Sequence record: SRR2962707_660
Strand: one strand, 5' to 3'
DNA: 64,000 bases
How positions within the stretch are numbered: position 1 is the first letter of the stretch; each line of letters starts with the position of its first letter. The position numbers and the translations under genes were made by a program. The notes beneath the pieces are model-generated. The model ran no database searches. It had not been told where the DNA came from and saw only the letters and a list, made by a program, of their open reading frames with translations. Of the stretch, positions 1-11,979 are shown piece by piece.

Positions 1-1130
1 ACCAGCATCCCGTAGCCGCCGGAACCGTGAACTTCCTTCACGACGAGCTCCGGCAGATGCTCCAGTACATATTGCGCGTCGTCTTTTTCGCCGCAGCGCC
101 ATGTCGGCACGTTCTTCAGGATCGGCGTTTCGCCGAGATAGAATTCCACCATCTTGGGCACGTAAGTGTAGATCGCCTTGTCGTCGGCGATGCCCGCGCC
201 GACAGCATTGGTAAGGTTCACGTTGCCCGCCCGGTAAGCGCTCATGAGACCCGCGACGCCGAGCGCCGAATCCGGCTTGAAGGTCAGGGGATCGAGAAAC
301 TCGTCGTCGACGCGGCGATAGATCACGTCGACCCGTTTCGGCCCCTGGGTCGTGCGCATATAGACGATATCGTCCATCACATAGAGGTCCGGCCCTTCGA
401 CAAGCTCAACGCCCATCTGGTCGGCGAGGAAGGAATGTTCGTAATAGGCGCTGTTGTAGATGCCGGGCGTGAGCACCACGACGGTCGGCTCCCCCGGGCA
501 GTTGCGCGGTGCGACGGAGGTGAGTGTGCGCATCAACTCATCGCAATAATGGTCGACCGGCGCCACGTTGTAGCGAGAGAAGAGATCCGGGAAGAGCCGC
601 ATCGTAAGCTCGCGGTTCTCCAGCATGTAAGAGACGCCGGACGGCGTGCGGCAATTGTCTTCCAGCACGTAGAACTCTTCCGGACCGACACGCACCATGT
701 CGATGCCCGCGATATGCGTGTAGACGTTGTGCGGAACGGAGACGCCCTGCATCTGATAGCGGTAGGTGTCGTTCAGGATCACCTGATCGCGCGGCACAAT
801 GCCGGCCTTGAGAATTTCCTGTGCACCGTAGACATCGGCGATGAAGGCGTTGAGCGCCCGCACGCGCTGGATCAGCCCGTCCGAAATCTGCTGCCATTCG
901 GCGGCTTCGAGAATGCGGGGGATGATGTCGAAGGGAATGATGCGTTCCGGGTCGCCGCCCTCGCCATAGACGGCGAAGGTGATGCCGATGCGGCGGAAGA
1001 ACGTCTCCGCCTCTTCGCGCCTCAGCGTGAGTATTTCAAGCGGTGTTTCGCCCAGCCAAGCTTGCAGAGTCTTGTAAGCCGGACGGATGCCGCCAGCTTC
1101 GCCCATTTCATCGAAGATGGCCTGCGCCAT
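1..1130 (-). CDS. Circularly permuted type 2 ATP-grasp protein (DUF404/DUF407 type), truncated by the window edge
   Basis: Manual minus-strand translation: MAQAIFDEMG...RRIGITFAVYGEGGDPERIIPFDIIPR...VLEDNCRTPSGVSYMLENR...SAYYEHSFLA...IYRRVDDEFLDP...GIADDKAIY...VKEVHGSGGYGML. RBS AGGAGA at 1135-1140. Absent from the ORF track because it runs off the edge. Confidence 0.9.
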   Translation of the reverse strand, partial: MAQAIFDEMGEAGGIRPAYKTLQAWLGETPLEILTLRREEAETFFRRIGITFAVYGEGGDPERIIPFDIIPRILEAAEWQQISDGLIQRVRALNAFIADVYGAQEILKAGIVPRDQVILNDTYRYQMQGVSVPHNVYTHIAGIDMVRVGPEEFYVLEDNCRTPSGVSYMLENRELTMRLFPDLFSRYNVAPVDHYCDELMRTLTSVAPRNCPGEPTVVVLTPGIYNSAYYEHSFLADQMGVELVEGPDLYVMDDIVYMRTTQGPKRVDVIYRRVDDEFLDPLTFKPDSALGVAGLMSAYRAGNVNLTNAVGAGIADDKAIYTYVPKMVEFYLGETPILKNVPTWRCGEKDDAQYVLEHLPELVVKEVHGSGGYGML

Positions 1131-1192
1131 CGAATCTCCTGACAGTGCCGCGTTCAAAGACGCGTTGGTTGCGTTTCTGAGCCTAAAGGGTC

Positions 1193-1208
1193 AGCAAAAG
1201 GGATGCCA
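1193..1208 (-). promoter_or_regulatory. sigma54 (-24/-12) promoter for the CP-ATP-grasp gene
   Basis: Minus strand TGGCATCCCTTTTGCT, with exact GG-N10-GC spacing, about 60 bp upstream of the ATG. Confidence 0.7.
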
Positions 1209-1313
1209 TGATTTGAAACGCACGGGCCCCGGGTTTCGCTCCCAAAGAAGGCTGAGTACTGGCTGGATTTTGAGCGTGTCGGCCTGAAAACGCCGCGAAA
1301 ACAGGCAATCCGA

Positions 1314-2612
1314 TCAACGCTGACGGAGTTTCGTCAGAAGATCCGGCGTCGGATAACCATCCGCCGGGAGTCCGGCGCTCTGCTGAAACGCGCGGATCGC
1401 CTTACGCGTATTATAGCCGATAATCCCGTCGACGCCGCCCGTATCGTAGCCCCGGTCGGTGAGAAGCTGCTGCAGGTCGTGGCGCTCCTCCCGCCCGAGC
1501 GGCCTGTCTTCGCGCGGCCAACTCCCCTCGATCTCGCCCCGGCCCTTGAACCGGTCGGCAAGCAGGTTCACCGCCAGCGAATAGGAGGTGGAGGCGTTGT
1601 AGGCGAGGACGGTGCGGAAATTGTTCATGACAAGGAAGGCAGGGCCACGATGCCCGGCGGGCAGGAAGATCGACGCTTTCTCACCCATCTCGCCTTGAGG
1701 GAAAGGCCGTCCGTCCATGCGGGCAACCCCGGCGTCCGACCACTCGCCGGCCGTTTTCGAAACCGACATGTCGGCGCTCGCATAGTCGAAGCCCTGCGGC
1801 ACCTTCACCTCGTAGCCCCATGTGCCGCCGGTCTTCCAGCCGGACTGGCCGAGATAGTGCGCGGCGGAGGCAAGCGCATCGCCACGCGAATTCCAGATGT
1901 CGCGCCGCCCATCGCCATCGAAATCGACGGCGTGAGCATTGTAGGTGGTGGGAATGAACTGCGTCTGGCCCATGGCGCCCGCCCAGGAGCCGGTCATGCC
2001 CTTGGGCGTGATGTCGCCGTTCTGGATGATCTGCAGCGCGGCGACGAGCTGGGTGCGGCCATATTCCGTCCGCCGTCCCTCGAAGCCGAGAGTGGCGAGC
2101 GAGCGGACGACGCTCATCGTGCCCTGGAACGACCCGAAGTTCGATTCGAGCCCCCAGATCGCAACAAGCACATGCCGGTCGACGCCGTAACGCGCCTCGA
2201 TCCCGTCGAGCAGCGTCTTGTTCTCGGCGAGAAGCGCCTTGCCCTTGGCAACACGCGTATCGGAAAGAGCGCCTTCCAGATATTCCCAGACGGGCTTTGT
2301 GAACTCCGGCTGGCTTTCATTTGCCTCGATCACGTCGCGGTCGATCCTGACGCCTGCCAGCGACCGGTCGAAGGTCTGACCGGTGATACCCGCCTTGAGC
2401 GCATCCGCCCGAAAGGCGGTGAGCCAGTCCGCGAAGGCAGCGTTCTCAGTGACGGGCGAAGGGAGCGGCAGTTGCGTGTCCGGCGATGCATCCGCCGCGC
2501 AGCCGGTAACGGCAAGCGCGAGGAAAACAAAGGCGGGCATGGTAAGGCCCCGGGCCCGAAAAGGGCGGGACGGACGGAAGACGGACATCGAATGCTCTCC
2601 GGGTGACATCAT
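1314..2612 (-). CDS. Lytic murein transglycosylase (MltB/SLT_2) with C-terminal peptidoglycan-binding domain, probable lipoprotein
   Basis: AIWGLESNFG, GSWAGAMGQTQFIPTTY, DFDGDGRRDIW, YNASTSY; C-terminal LQQLL...GYDTGGVDGIIGYNTRKAIRAFQ; lipobox-like VTGC. Start codon uncertain. Confidence 0.92.
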   Translation of the reverse strand: MMSPGEHSMSVFRPSRPFRARGLTMPAFVFLALAVTGCAADASPDTQLPLPSPVTENAAFADWLTAFRADALKAGITGQTFDRSLAGVRIDRDVIEANESQPEFTKPVWEYLEGALSDTRVAKGKALLAENKTLLDGIEARYGVDRHVLVAIWGLESNFGSFQGTMSVVRSLATLGFEGRRTEYGRTQLVAALQIIQNGDITPKGMTGSWAGAMGQTQFIPTTYNAHAVDFDGDGRRDIWNSRGDALASAAHYLGQSGWKTGGTWGYEVKVPQGFDYASADMSVSKTAGEWSDAGVARMDGRPFPQGEMGEKASIFLPAGHRGPAFLVMNNFRTVLAYNASTSYSLAVNLLADRFKGRGEIEGSWPREDRPLGREERHDLQQLLTDRGYDTGGVDGIIGYNTRKAIRAFQQSAGLPADGYPTPDLLTKLRQR

Positions 2613-2829
2613 GGGCGAGACGCTATCACGCCCGTTTTCAAAATCGCAGATGGCACGCCCGTCCTTTTCCAGTGTCGGTTAATGGTTGTTGCTGTTCCGA
2701 TCCTGACGGTGAATTGAGGCGAGATATCGGCGCGGCCCTGCCGGTACGCGAATTCGGGTGTCATTCCCGCCATGCTAACCCTAGACTCCGATACGATTCT
2801 CGAAGGGACGGCAGCGGCTGGAGACATCG

Positions 2830-4521
2830 ATGGAAAGGCAAGGGGAACCCGGCATGTTCCCGATGTCGACGGCCTGGCGCCCGGGCCCGCTTCTTCTCTG
2901 GACAGGGGCCGCACTGGCCCTCGCCGCCTCTTGGAGCGTGGCGCCGCTCGCGCATGGCTGGCAAGCGGCCGACGAGACCTTGTTCCGCCTGCTGAACGGC
3001 ACCATCGCTCAGGGAGAAGGCGTGGCGACGCTCTGGGCTATCGGTTGCGAGCCGAGGTTTTCCGCTTTCCTGACGCTGACGATCATGACGGTCTACCTCG
3101 TTCGCCTCGGCCATGAGCGGGGGCAGGGTTTCCGCCACGATCTGGCGCTTGGGCTTGCCGCGATCGCTGTCCCCGCAGCACTCTTCATCCTGGAGGCGCT
3201 CGCCTTAGACATCGCCCGCCCCTCACCCGCAGACGCACTCTCGCCCCACAACGCCATACCGGCGCTCCTGCCATGGTCGGATGCGGGCGCAAACCGGCTT
3301 TCCCCCTTCCCCGCGGGTCACGCGGTACTGACAGGCTCGCTGAGCGTTCTCCTCTGGTTGGGGTTCGGCTGGCGGCTCGGCCTAGCCGGGCTCGCGCTCG
3401 CCGCGTTGCTTGCCTTGCCGCGGATTGCCGTGGGCGCCGAATGGACGGCGGACACGATTGCGGGCGGCGGGGTAGCGGCGTTCGCGACGCTGGCGCTCGC
3501 AACGGGGACGCCGCTCGTCTTCCTTCTCTATCGCGCGGCGCGCATGCCCGTCGACGGGCTGCTCGCGTGGTGGGAAAGCATCACCGGGCGGCTGAGCGTC
3601 GAGGGCCGCGAAAACTATCACCCGGCGAAACAGACCCTCCGCGGCATGTGCATCGGCGCGGCCGACCTCGTGCCCGGTGTCAGCGGCGGCACCATGGCGC
3701 TCATCCTCGGCGTCTACAAACGCCTGATCGCGGCCATCGCGCATTTCGACCGGGAATTCCTCGGCCAGTTGAAACGCTTCGAGTTCGTTGCGGCCGCACG
3801 CCACGTCGATCTCCTCTTCATCCTGCCTATCGGGATCGGTGCGCTGCTCTCGCTCATCATTTTCAGCCGGATCGTCCCGCTCTCGTTCCTTGTGACTGCC
3901 TTTCCTGAAATGACCTTCGGGTTTTTCTTCGGGCTGATCGCGGCCTCCATCTTTGGCCTTCTTGCCCATGTCGAAATTGCAGGCGCGAAGGGCGTCGGAT
4001 GGATCGCGCTTGGCGTCTGCTTCGGCCTGTTCGCCGCGATCCTCGTTCCCGTCGAAACGCCGGACGCAGCCTGGTTCATTTTTCTCTGCGGCATGGCGGC
4101 TATCGCCGCGATGCTGGTGCCGGGGATTTCCGGCTCCTTCGTGCTCCTCATTCTCGGCAAATATACCGATGCCATCGACGCGCTGGGCCGCCTCGACATG
4201 TCGTTTCTGCTGCCGCTCGCAGGCGGCGTCGTAACCGGCGCGCTGATCTTTTCACGCGCCATTTCATGGCTGCTCGACCGCTTCTATCGCCGGACCATGC
4301 TGACCGTGATCGGCATTCTGTGTGGATCGCTGCTTGCCGTCTGGCCGTTCAAGGACCGGCAGTATGAAACCATCCATGGCAAGACGCAGATGGTCTCCGC
4401 CGATCCCTTCATCCCCGTGAACCTCAACGGGACGGTCATCGCGGGCCTGATAGCGATCCTCGCCGGTGTCGCGCTCTACCGCGTTCTCGACAGGCTGGCC
4501 CAGCATTCGGATGAAAGCTGA
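2830..4521 (+). CDS. Fusion of an LpxT/PAP2-like domain and a DUF368 (undecaprenyl-phosphate translocase) domain
   Basis: N-half has RPSP, SPFPAGHA and LPRIAVGAEWTAD. C-half has GMCIGAADLVPGVSGGTMALILGVY and AMLVPGISGSFVLLILGKY (the two DUF368 PGxSG motifs). Single open frame. Confidence 0.85.
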   Translation: MERQGEPGMFPMSTAWRPGPLLLWTGAALALAASWSVAPLAHGWQAADETLFRLLNGTIAQGEGVATLWAIGCEPRFSAFLTLTIMTVYLVRLGHERGQGFRHDLALGLAAIAVPAALFILEALALDIARPSPADALSPHNAIPALLPWSDAGANRLSPFPAGHAVLTGSLSVLLWLGFGWRLGLAGLALAALLALPRIAVGAEWTADTIAGGGVAAFATLALATGTPLVFLLYRAARMPVDGLLAWWESITGRLSVEGRENYHPAKQTLRGMCIGAADLVPGVSGGTMALILGVYKRLIAAIAHFDREFLGQLKRFEFVAAARHVDLLFILPIGIGALLSLIIFSRIVPLSFLVTAFPEMTFGFFFGLIAASIFGLLAHVEIAGAKGVGWIALGVCFGLFAAILVPVETPDAAWFIFLCGMAAIAAMLVPGISGSFVLLILGKYTDAIDALGRLDMSFLLPLAGGVVTGALIFSRAISWLLDRFYRRTMLTVIGILCGSLLAVWPFKDRQYETIHGKTQMVSADPFIPVNLNGTVIAGLIAILAGVALYRVLDRLAQHSDES

Positions 4522-4606
4522 CACAAGCAACGGGGCGCCACGCCCCGGGAAGACGCCAAAAACGACCGGGTAACCCAGCTTGGTAAAACCGCCGTAGCAG
4601 CTTCGC

Positions 4607-4621
4607 TTAATGAAGGTTTAA
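4607..4621. promoter_or_regulatory. CtrA-type box TTAA-N7-TTAA
   Basis: TTAA TGAAGGT TTAA about 25 bp upstream of the MHYT kinase ATG, in GC-rich DNA. Confidence 0.7.
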
Positions 4622-4645
4622 GCGAGGGCATGCTTAATTCTGCCC

Positions 4646-6226
4646 ATGCTGACGGTCTATAACTGCATCACCGTCGACCACGATCTGCGCCTCGTCATTC
4701 TCGCCGGGTTCATTTGCGTGTTCGCAACCTTCTCGGCGGCCCATCTTCTCGTGCGCTCCACGGAAGAGGGCGAACAGCGGCGTGCGATCTGGATTCTGGG
4801 CGCAGGAATAGTCGCCGGCTGCGGCCTCTGGGCCACCCATTTCATTTCCATGCTCGCCTTCCGGGGGGAAGACCCCGTGAGCTACGACCCGGGCGTGACG
4901 TTCCTCTCCTTCGTCATCGCCATCGTCTTTTCGAGCGTCGGCTTCTCAGTCGCCACGCGGTTTCGTCCGGCGGGGATTGGCGGCGCGATTGTCGGCCTTG
5001 CCATCGGCGCCATGCACTACGTCGGCATGTCAGCTGTCAGCGCCCATGGCTACATCACATGGGACCGTGGTTTCGTTGCGGCCTCCATCGTGATCGGCAC
5101 GCTCTTCGCGGCGGCTGCGGCCGAGGCTGCTTTCTCGCTCAAGGGCCGATGGCGCATTCATGCCTGCTGGATACTGGCAACGATTGCGATTTGCGGTCTG
5201 CACTTCACCGGCATGGCGGCGATGAGCATTACCGGCGACCCGAGCGTCGAAATTTCGAGCGACGCCGTCGATTCCCTCCCCCTCGCCATCGCCGTTGCCG
5301 CCGTGACGCTCCTGATCGTGGTCCTCGCCTATGCCGGTATTGCTGTCGACCGCCATCTTGCTGATCGCGCGGTTCAGGAAGCGAGGCGGCTGCGCGCGCA
5401 TGTCGTTGAACTTGAGCAAACGAAGAAGCAGCTTGAGGCGACATCGGCCGACCTGCTGGTCGCGCTCAAGACCGCCTCCGCCGCCGATCACGCAAAGTCG
5501 CAATTCCTGGCCACCATGAGCCACGAGCTTCGCACACCGCTGAACGCCATTCTCGGCTTCTCCGAAATCATGACGACCGAAACTTTCGGCCCGCTCGGCA
5601 GCGCACGGTATCGCGACTACGCACAAGACATCTTCCGGAGCGGCAAGCACCTCCTGGCTCTCATCAACGACGTACTGGACTTCACGCGGGCCGATGCGGG
5701 CGAGCTTCATATCCATGAGGAAGAAGTCGACGTATCCGACGCCGTGGCCGACGCCGTGGCCGACGCCGTCAGGATGATCGAGACGCAGGCCGCGACGCAA
5801 AAGATCGAAATCCAGACAAACTTCTCTCCATCGCTGCCCCATATTCGTGCCGACCATCGCCGCGTAAGGCAGGTGCTGCTGAACCTCCTCTCGAACGCAG
5901 TCAAATTCACGCCCGAAGGCGGCAATGTCCGGATGGAGGCTGTTGTCGAGAATGGCAGGCTTGTCCTGCGCGTCGCCGACACGGGCATCGGCATTGCGCA
6001 GAAGGACATTCCGCTGGCGCTTGAGCGCTTCGGGCAGATTGACTCCGACCTGTCTCGGAAATACGAGGGCACGGGCCTCGGCCTGCCGCTCTCGAAATGC
6101 CTGATGGAGCACCATGGCGGGACGCTCGAGATCGAAAGTGAGCTCGGACAGGGCACGACGGTCATTCTGACCTTTCCCGCCGAGCGGAGCGTCGCTTTGC
6201 CGGACGCGGCCCGCGCGACCGCCTGA
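4646..6226 (+). CDS. MHYT-domain sensor histidine kinase (PleC/DivJ-like HisKA)
   Basis: MHYT repeats (WATHFISMLA, AMHYVGMSA, LHFTGMAA); H-box FLATMSHELRTPLNAILGFSE; N, G1 and G2 boxes (LNLLSNAVKFT, DTGIGI, GTGLGL). Confidence 0.92.
   Translation: MLTVYNCITVDHDLRLVILAGFICVFATFSAAHLLVRSTEEGEQRRAIWILGAGIVAGCGLWATHFISMLAFRGEDPVSYDPGVTFLSFVIAIVFSSVGFSVATRFRPAGIGGAIVGLAIGAMHYVGMSAVSAHGYITWDRGFVAASIVIGTLFAAAAAEAAFSLKGRWRIHACWILATIAICGLHFTGMAAMSITGDPSVEISSDAVDSLPLAIAVAAVTLLIVVLAYAGIAVDRHLADRAVQEARRLRAHVVELEQTKKQLEATSADLLVALKTASAADHAKSQFLATMSHELRTPLNAILGFSEIMTTETFGPLGSARYRDYAQDIFRSGKHLLALINDVLDFTRADAGELHIHEEEVDVSDAVADAVADAVRMIETQAATQKIEIQTNFSPSLPHIRADHRRVRQVLLNLLSNAVKFTPEGGNVRMEAVVENGRLVLRVADTGIGIAQKDIPLALERFGQIDSDLSRKYEGTGLGLPLSKCLMEHHGGTLEIESELGQGTTVILTFPAERSVALPDAARATA
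5736..5769 (+). repeat. In-frame 12-bp tandem repeat (CCGACGCCGTGG x2.8; DAVADAVADAV)
   Basis: Read directly inside the kinase CDS. Confidence 0.85.
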
Positions 6227-6287
6227 TCCCCACGCAAACGCCGGAAAACGGCTTCCAGCTCCCGCGAATCACTCTTCCCGCGCTATC

Positions 6288-6306
6288 ATGGTTAACGCGC
6301 CATTAG
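6288..6306. promoter_or_regulatory. CtrA-like box upstream of pseB
   Basis: TTAA CGCGCCA TTAG (reverse strand CTAA-N7-TTAAC), overlapping TTAACCAT on the minus strand. Confidence 0.6.
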
Positions 6307-6348
6307 GGTTGTCATGCGATGAATCGAACACCCAAAAACCAAGAGTGA

Positions 6349-8524
<2,176 letters not shown>

Positions 8525-8528
<4 letters not shown>

Positions 8529-9214
8529 TCATCGCGATAATCCCCGCTCGCGGTGGCTCCAAACGCATCCCCCGCAAGAACCTCAAAGTCTTTCTCGGCC
8601 ATCCGATCATCGCCTACGCAATCCGCGCTGCGCGCGACACGGGCATCTTCGACCGCATCATCGTCTCCACCGACGACGAGGAGATCGCCGCAGTTTCCCG
8701 AGCGGAAGGGGCAGACGTTCCATTCATGCGCCCGCCAGAGCTTTCAGGCGACCACACGGCAACCGTCGACGTTGTGCGCCACGCCGCAGACTGGGCGGCT
8801 GCGAATATCGGCCCGGTCGATTTTGTCTGCTGCATCTACCCGACCGCCGTCTTCGTGGACGGAGAAACGTTGAAGCGCGGCTTCGACGAAATGCGCGCCG
8901 CAGGCACGGACTACGCGGTGAGCGTCGTCCGCTACTCCGCTCCCATCGAACGTGCGATGCGCATCACGGACAAAGGCCGCCTTGCCGCCGTGAACATCGA
9001 AGGCATGGCGATGCGCTCGCAGGACATCGAAGAGGTCTGTCACGATGCCGGGCAGTTTTACTGGGGAAGCCCCGCCGCCTTTGCCGCGACGCAAGCGGAG
9101 AGGATCGCACGCGCCGTGCCGGTCATTCTGCCGCGCACCCGCGTGCAGGACATCGACACGGAAGAAGACTGGCTGAACGCCGAACTTCTCTATCGCACTT
9201 TCTTCGGTGGCTAG
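8525..9214 (+). CDS. pseF: Pseudaminic acid cytidylyltransferase
   Basis: IIPARGGSKRIPRKN, CCIYPTA, HDAGQFYWG, VQDIDTEEDW. Confidence 0.92.
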
Positions 9215-10407
9215 ACGTCGGGCGCCACGTCGAAGCGCACCGCCTCGCGGATCGCGAGCGCCATTTCTTCAGCATCAGAGACTGTCTTTCCCCTCGTCAC
9301 GATCTTGCCGATCCGGTCCGTTCCCTTGCGCAACTGGCTCACGCGCGCGCCGGGCTCGACCGTGACCTCGAATTCAAGCACATCGTCACGCGCAAGCATG
9401 TCGTGCGGCAGATGGGCAGCCGAGAGAACGCCGTCCGCCGGCGCTTCCAGAATGAAGGCGGCGCAGGGCTGACGCAGGGCGGACACGAGAGACGTTTCGC
9501 GCCCGAACCCCGCGTGCACCGCAGCCGAAACCCAATCGACCCCGGTATAGCAGGTGACGAGTTCCGGCAGGCAGGTCGCACCGAGCCGCGCACCGACCTC
9601 GATGATCGCAGGAGTGCCGTCCGCGCGCAGGATGAGATCGATATTGGACGGCCCCCAGAGAATGCCGAGAGCATCGACGCACGCGGCGATTGCCGCCTCC
9701 ACCTTCGCAAGACCCTCCGGCGGAAGCGCCGATGGAAAGGAGTGACCGACGGGAATCATGAACGGCGGCGACGACATGAAATCATTGTGGACCTGAACGG
9801 AGACGCATTTGCCGCTAAGCGAAAAGGCCTGCGCGCCTGTTTCATATCCATCGATGAATTCCTCGACCAGAACGAGCCCGACACGCGAATACTGCATCGC
9901 TTCCGCATAGGCAGCGGGAACACTTTCTTCGGCCGTCACCTTGACGACGCCGCGGCTACCCGAGCTGTCGGGCGCCTTGACCACACAGGGAAACCCGATG
10001 CGGCGGGCTTCCTCCAGCGCTTCGTTTTCACGCGACGCCACCGCAAAACGCGGCTGCGGCACGCCCGCTGCCGCCAACGCTTTCCGCGTTTCGATCTTGT
10101 TGCTGCAGCGATCCGCGACCGCGCGCCCATTCCCCTTGAGCCGGAGCGCATCAACAACTGCGCCAACCGTCGGCACGCCAATATCGCTCTGAAGCGTCAT
10201 GGCGGCCCCGACCTTGTGCCGCCGGGCGACTGCGACCACGGCCTCGATATCGACGATGTCGACAGCTTCCGCGATATCGGCAAGCGCCATACCCGGCGCG
10301 TTCGCGTCCCGGTCCACGACGATGCTGCGAATGCCGAGCCCGCGCGCCGCTTCGATGGCCGGAACCTGGCCGAAGCCCGCGCCACAAATGAGGATCGTGT
10401 CAGTCAT
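9211..10407 (-). CDS. ATP-grasp domain ligase (L-amino-acid ligase / carboxylate-amine ligase-like)
   Basis: NKIETRKAL, VVKAPDSSGSRGV, VLVEEFIDG, IIEVGARLG; start overlaps the stop of the upstream acyltransferase. Confidence 0.85.
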   Translation of the reverse strand: MTDTILICGAGFGQVPAIEAARGLGIRSIVVDRDANAPGMALADIAEAVDIVDIEAVVAVARRHKVGAAMTLQSDIGVPTVGAVVDALRLKGNGRAVADRCSNKIETRKALAAAGVPQPRFAVASRENEALEEARRIGFPCVVKAPDSSGSRGVVKVTAEESVPAAYAEAMQYSRVGLVLVEEFIDGYETGAQAFSLSGKCVSVQVHNDFMSSPPFMIPVGHSFPSALPPEGLAKVEAAIAACVDALGILWGPSNIDLILRADGTPAIIEVGARLGATCLPELVTCYTGVDWVSAAVHAGFGRETSLVSALRQPCAAFILEAPADGVLSAAHLPHDMLARDDVLEFEVTVEPGARVSQLRKGTDRIGKIVTRGKTVSDAEEMALAIREAVRFDVAPDV

Positions 10408-10948
10408 CCGCAGGCAACACCGTTCCATCGCCGGCAAGGCGCCCGATTACCTTCGCGGGCACGCCGCCGAGCACAACGCGGTCGCCATAGCTCTTCGTGA
10501 CGACGGCTCCCGCCGCAACGAGACTCCCGGCACCCAACGTCACACCCGCCATGATGCAAGCATGTGCGCCGATCCATGTACCGCGCCCGATGCGGACATC
10601 CAGAAGCTCCGAGCCGCCGAAGCGGAACGACTGCTCCTTTTCCAGATGATTGGCTGCGGTGATCGAGACGTGATTGCCTATCAGCACTTCGTCCTCAAGC
10701 ATTATCGGTCCGTTGCCGAGATAGGTGCAGAAGCCGACATACACATGATCTCCCGCGCGGAGTTTTTCCGGGCTGTAGATGAAGGACTGTTCGGCCACCT
10801 TGAAGTTTTCGCCGCAGGAAAGGAGATGCGGACGGTAAAGCGCGCCGCGCCGTGCGTCGCCCGGCGGGCCGGAGGGAACGATCAGTCCCCTGAGCTTTAT
10901 CGATAAGCGTTGGGTGCTGGTGAGCGGCTTTCTCTCCGGGGAAGTCAT
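10400..10948 (-). CDS. Hexapeptide-repeat (left-handed beta-helix) acyltransferase
   Basis: IGRGTWIGAHACIMAGVTLGAGSLVAAGAVVTK...GGVPAKVI. Confidence 0.88.
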   Translation of the reverse strand: MTSPERKPLTSTQRLSIKLRGLIVPSGPPGDARRGALYRPHLLSCGENFKVAEQSFIYSPEKLRAGDHVYVGFCTYLGNGPIMLEDEVLIGNHVSITAANHLEKEQSFRFGGSELLDVRIGRGTWIGAHACIMAGVTLGAGSLVAAGAVVTKSYGDRVVLGGVPAKVIGRLAGDGTVLPADD

Positions 10949-11979
10949 GACGCCTCCCGCCAGCCAAGCATCCGCGTTGCCACGCGCGCCGCCCCGCGCC
11001 CATCCACCAACTGCATTCCGTTTTCAGCCATGGCCTCCCGCTCCTCTTGCCCCCGCCACAATCCGGCGATGCGCGCCGCAAGCATCGCCTCGTCGAGCTT
11101 CGCGACCTCGCCTGCGAAGGAGCATAACCCATCGTTGGCGAGCGCCGTCACCGCGAGCGACTGGTTCGGCGCGATGGAAACGACAAGCATGGGCAAGCCG
11201 ACGCAAAGCCCTTCAAAAACCGTGACGCCACCGCCGCAGATCGCGAGGCCTGCTGCGGCCATCAACATAGCGATGTCGGGCGGCGAGACATGAAGGCGGA
11301 CGGACGTCATGCCCGACGCAAGCGATTCGAGTACGGCGCGATGCCGGTTCGCGGCACCGATCACCACATCTGCCTCGATGCCGGGGTCGGCTCTGGCAAG
11401 CGCGCGCAGAACGAGCTCCGTCGCGTTAAGCGCATCCGCCCCGCCGAAGCTCACGAAGATGCGCTGCCTCTCCGCGGGGCGCCGCTCGCGCACCGCCCGG
11501 AACTCGGGCCGCAGCAGAGCAAAACGCGGACCGAGCAGCAGATCGGCGGCGGGCGGCACGAGCGGCCGCCACATCGCCTCGTGATTCGGAAAATAGTTCT
11601 GGTCGTGCAGGAGGTCGCAATGGTGGCGCCGGTCAGCCGGGCCGCCGATCACGCAGATGCGGCGCGCGGCCGGCGCGACCGCGTCTTCCCATGCGGCGTC
11701 GATGCCGTAGTGGTCGGCGACGAGCCAGTCCGCCCCGCCGTTCTCCTCCGCGGTCTTGCGCGTGGCGGCGGCATCGGCGGCCAAATCGGCGATCCCGGAA
11801 AGAAATCGGGCTTCATGCCCCCGCGCCGCGATGACATCTCCGATCTGGCCTTCAAGCTCCCGGCAGACGAAAAGGCAAGACGCGCCTCTTTCGCGAAGCT
11901 CATCCGCCAGCGTCAGGCAGCGCATCACATGGCCGATGCCGATTTCGGCCGATGCATCCACACGGAAGACGATTTTCAT
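10945..11979 (-). CDS. pseG: UDP-2,4-diacetamido-2,4,6-trideoxy-beta-L-altropyranose hydrolase
   Basis: FRVDASAEIGIGHVMRCLTLA, DHYGID, LLGPRFALLRPEF, SFGGADA, IAPNQ; no fused GNAT domain. Confidence 0.9.
   Translation of the reverse strand: MKIVFRVDASAEIGIGHVMRCLTLADELRERGASCLFVCRELEGQIGDVIAARGHEARFLSGIADLAADAAATRKTAEENGGADWLVADHYGIDAAWEDAVAPAARRICVIGGPADRRHHCDLLHDQNYFPNHEAMWRPLVPPAADLLLGPRFALLRPEFRAVRERRPAERQRIFVSFGGADALNATELVLRALARADPGIEADVVIGAANRHRAVLESLASGMTSVRLHVSPPDIAMLMAAAGLAICGGGVTVFEGLCVGLPMLVVSIAPNQSLAVTALANDGLCSFAGEVAKLDEAMLAARIAGLWRGQEEREAMAENGMQLVDGRGAARVATRMLGWREAS

Noticed and set aside
27-1142. 371-aa plus-strand ORF
   Set aside because: Antisense shadow of the CP-ATP-grasp gene, which has the motifs, RBS and promoter
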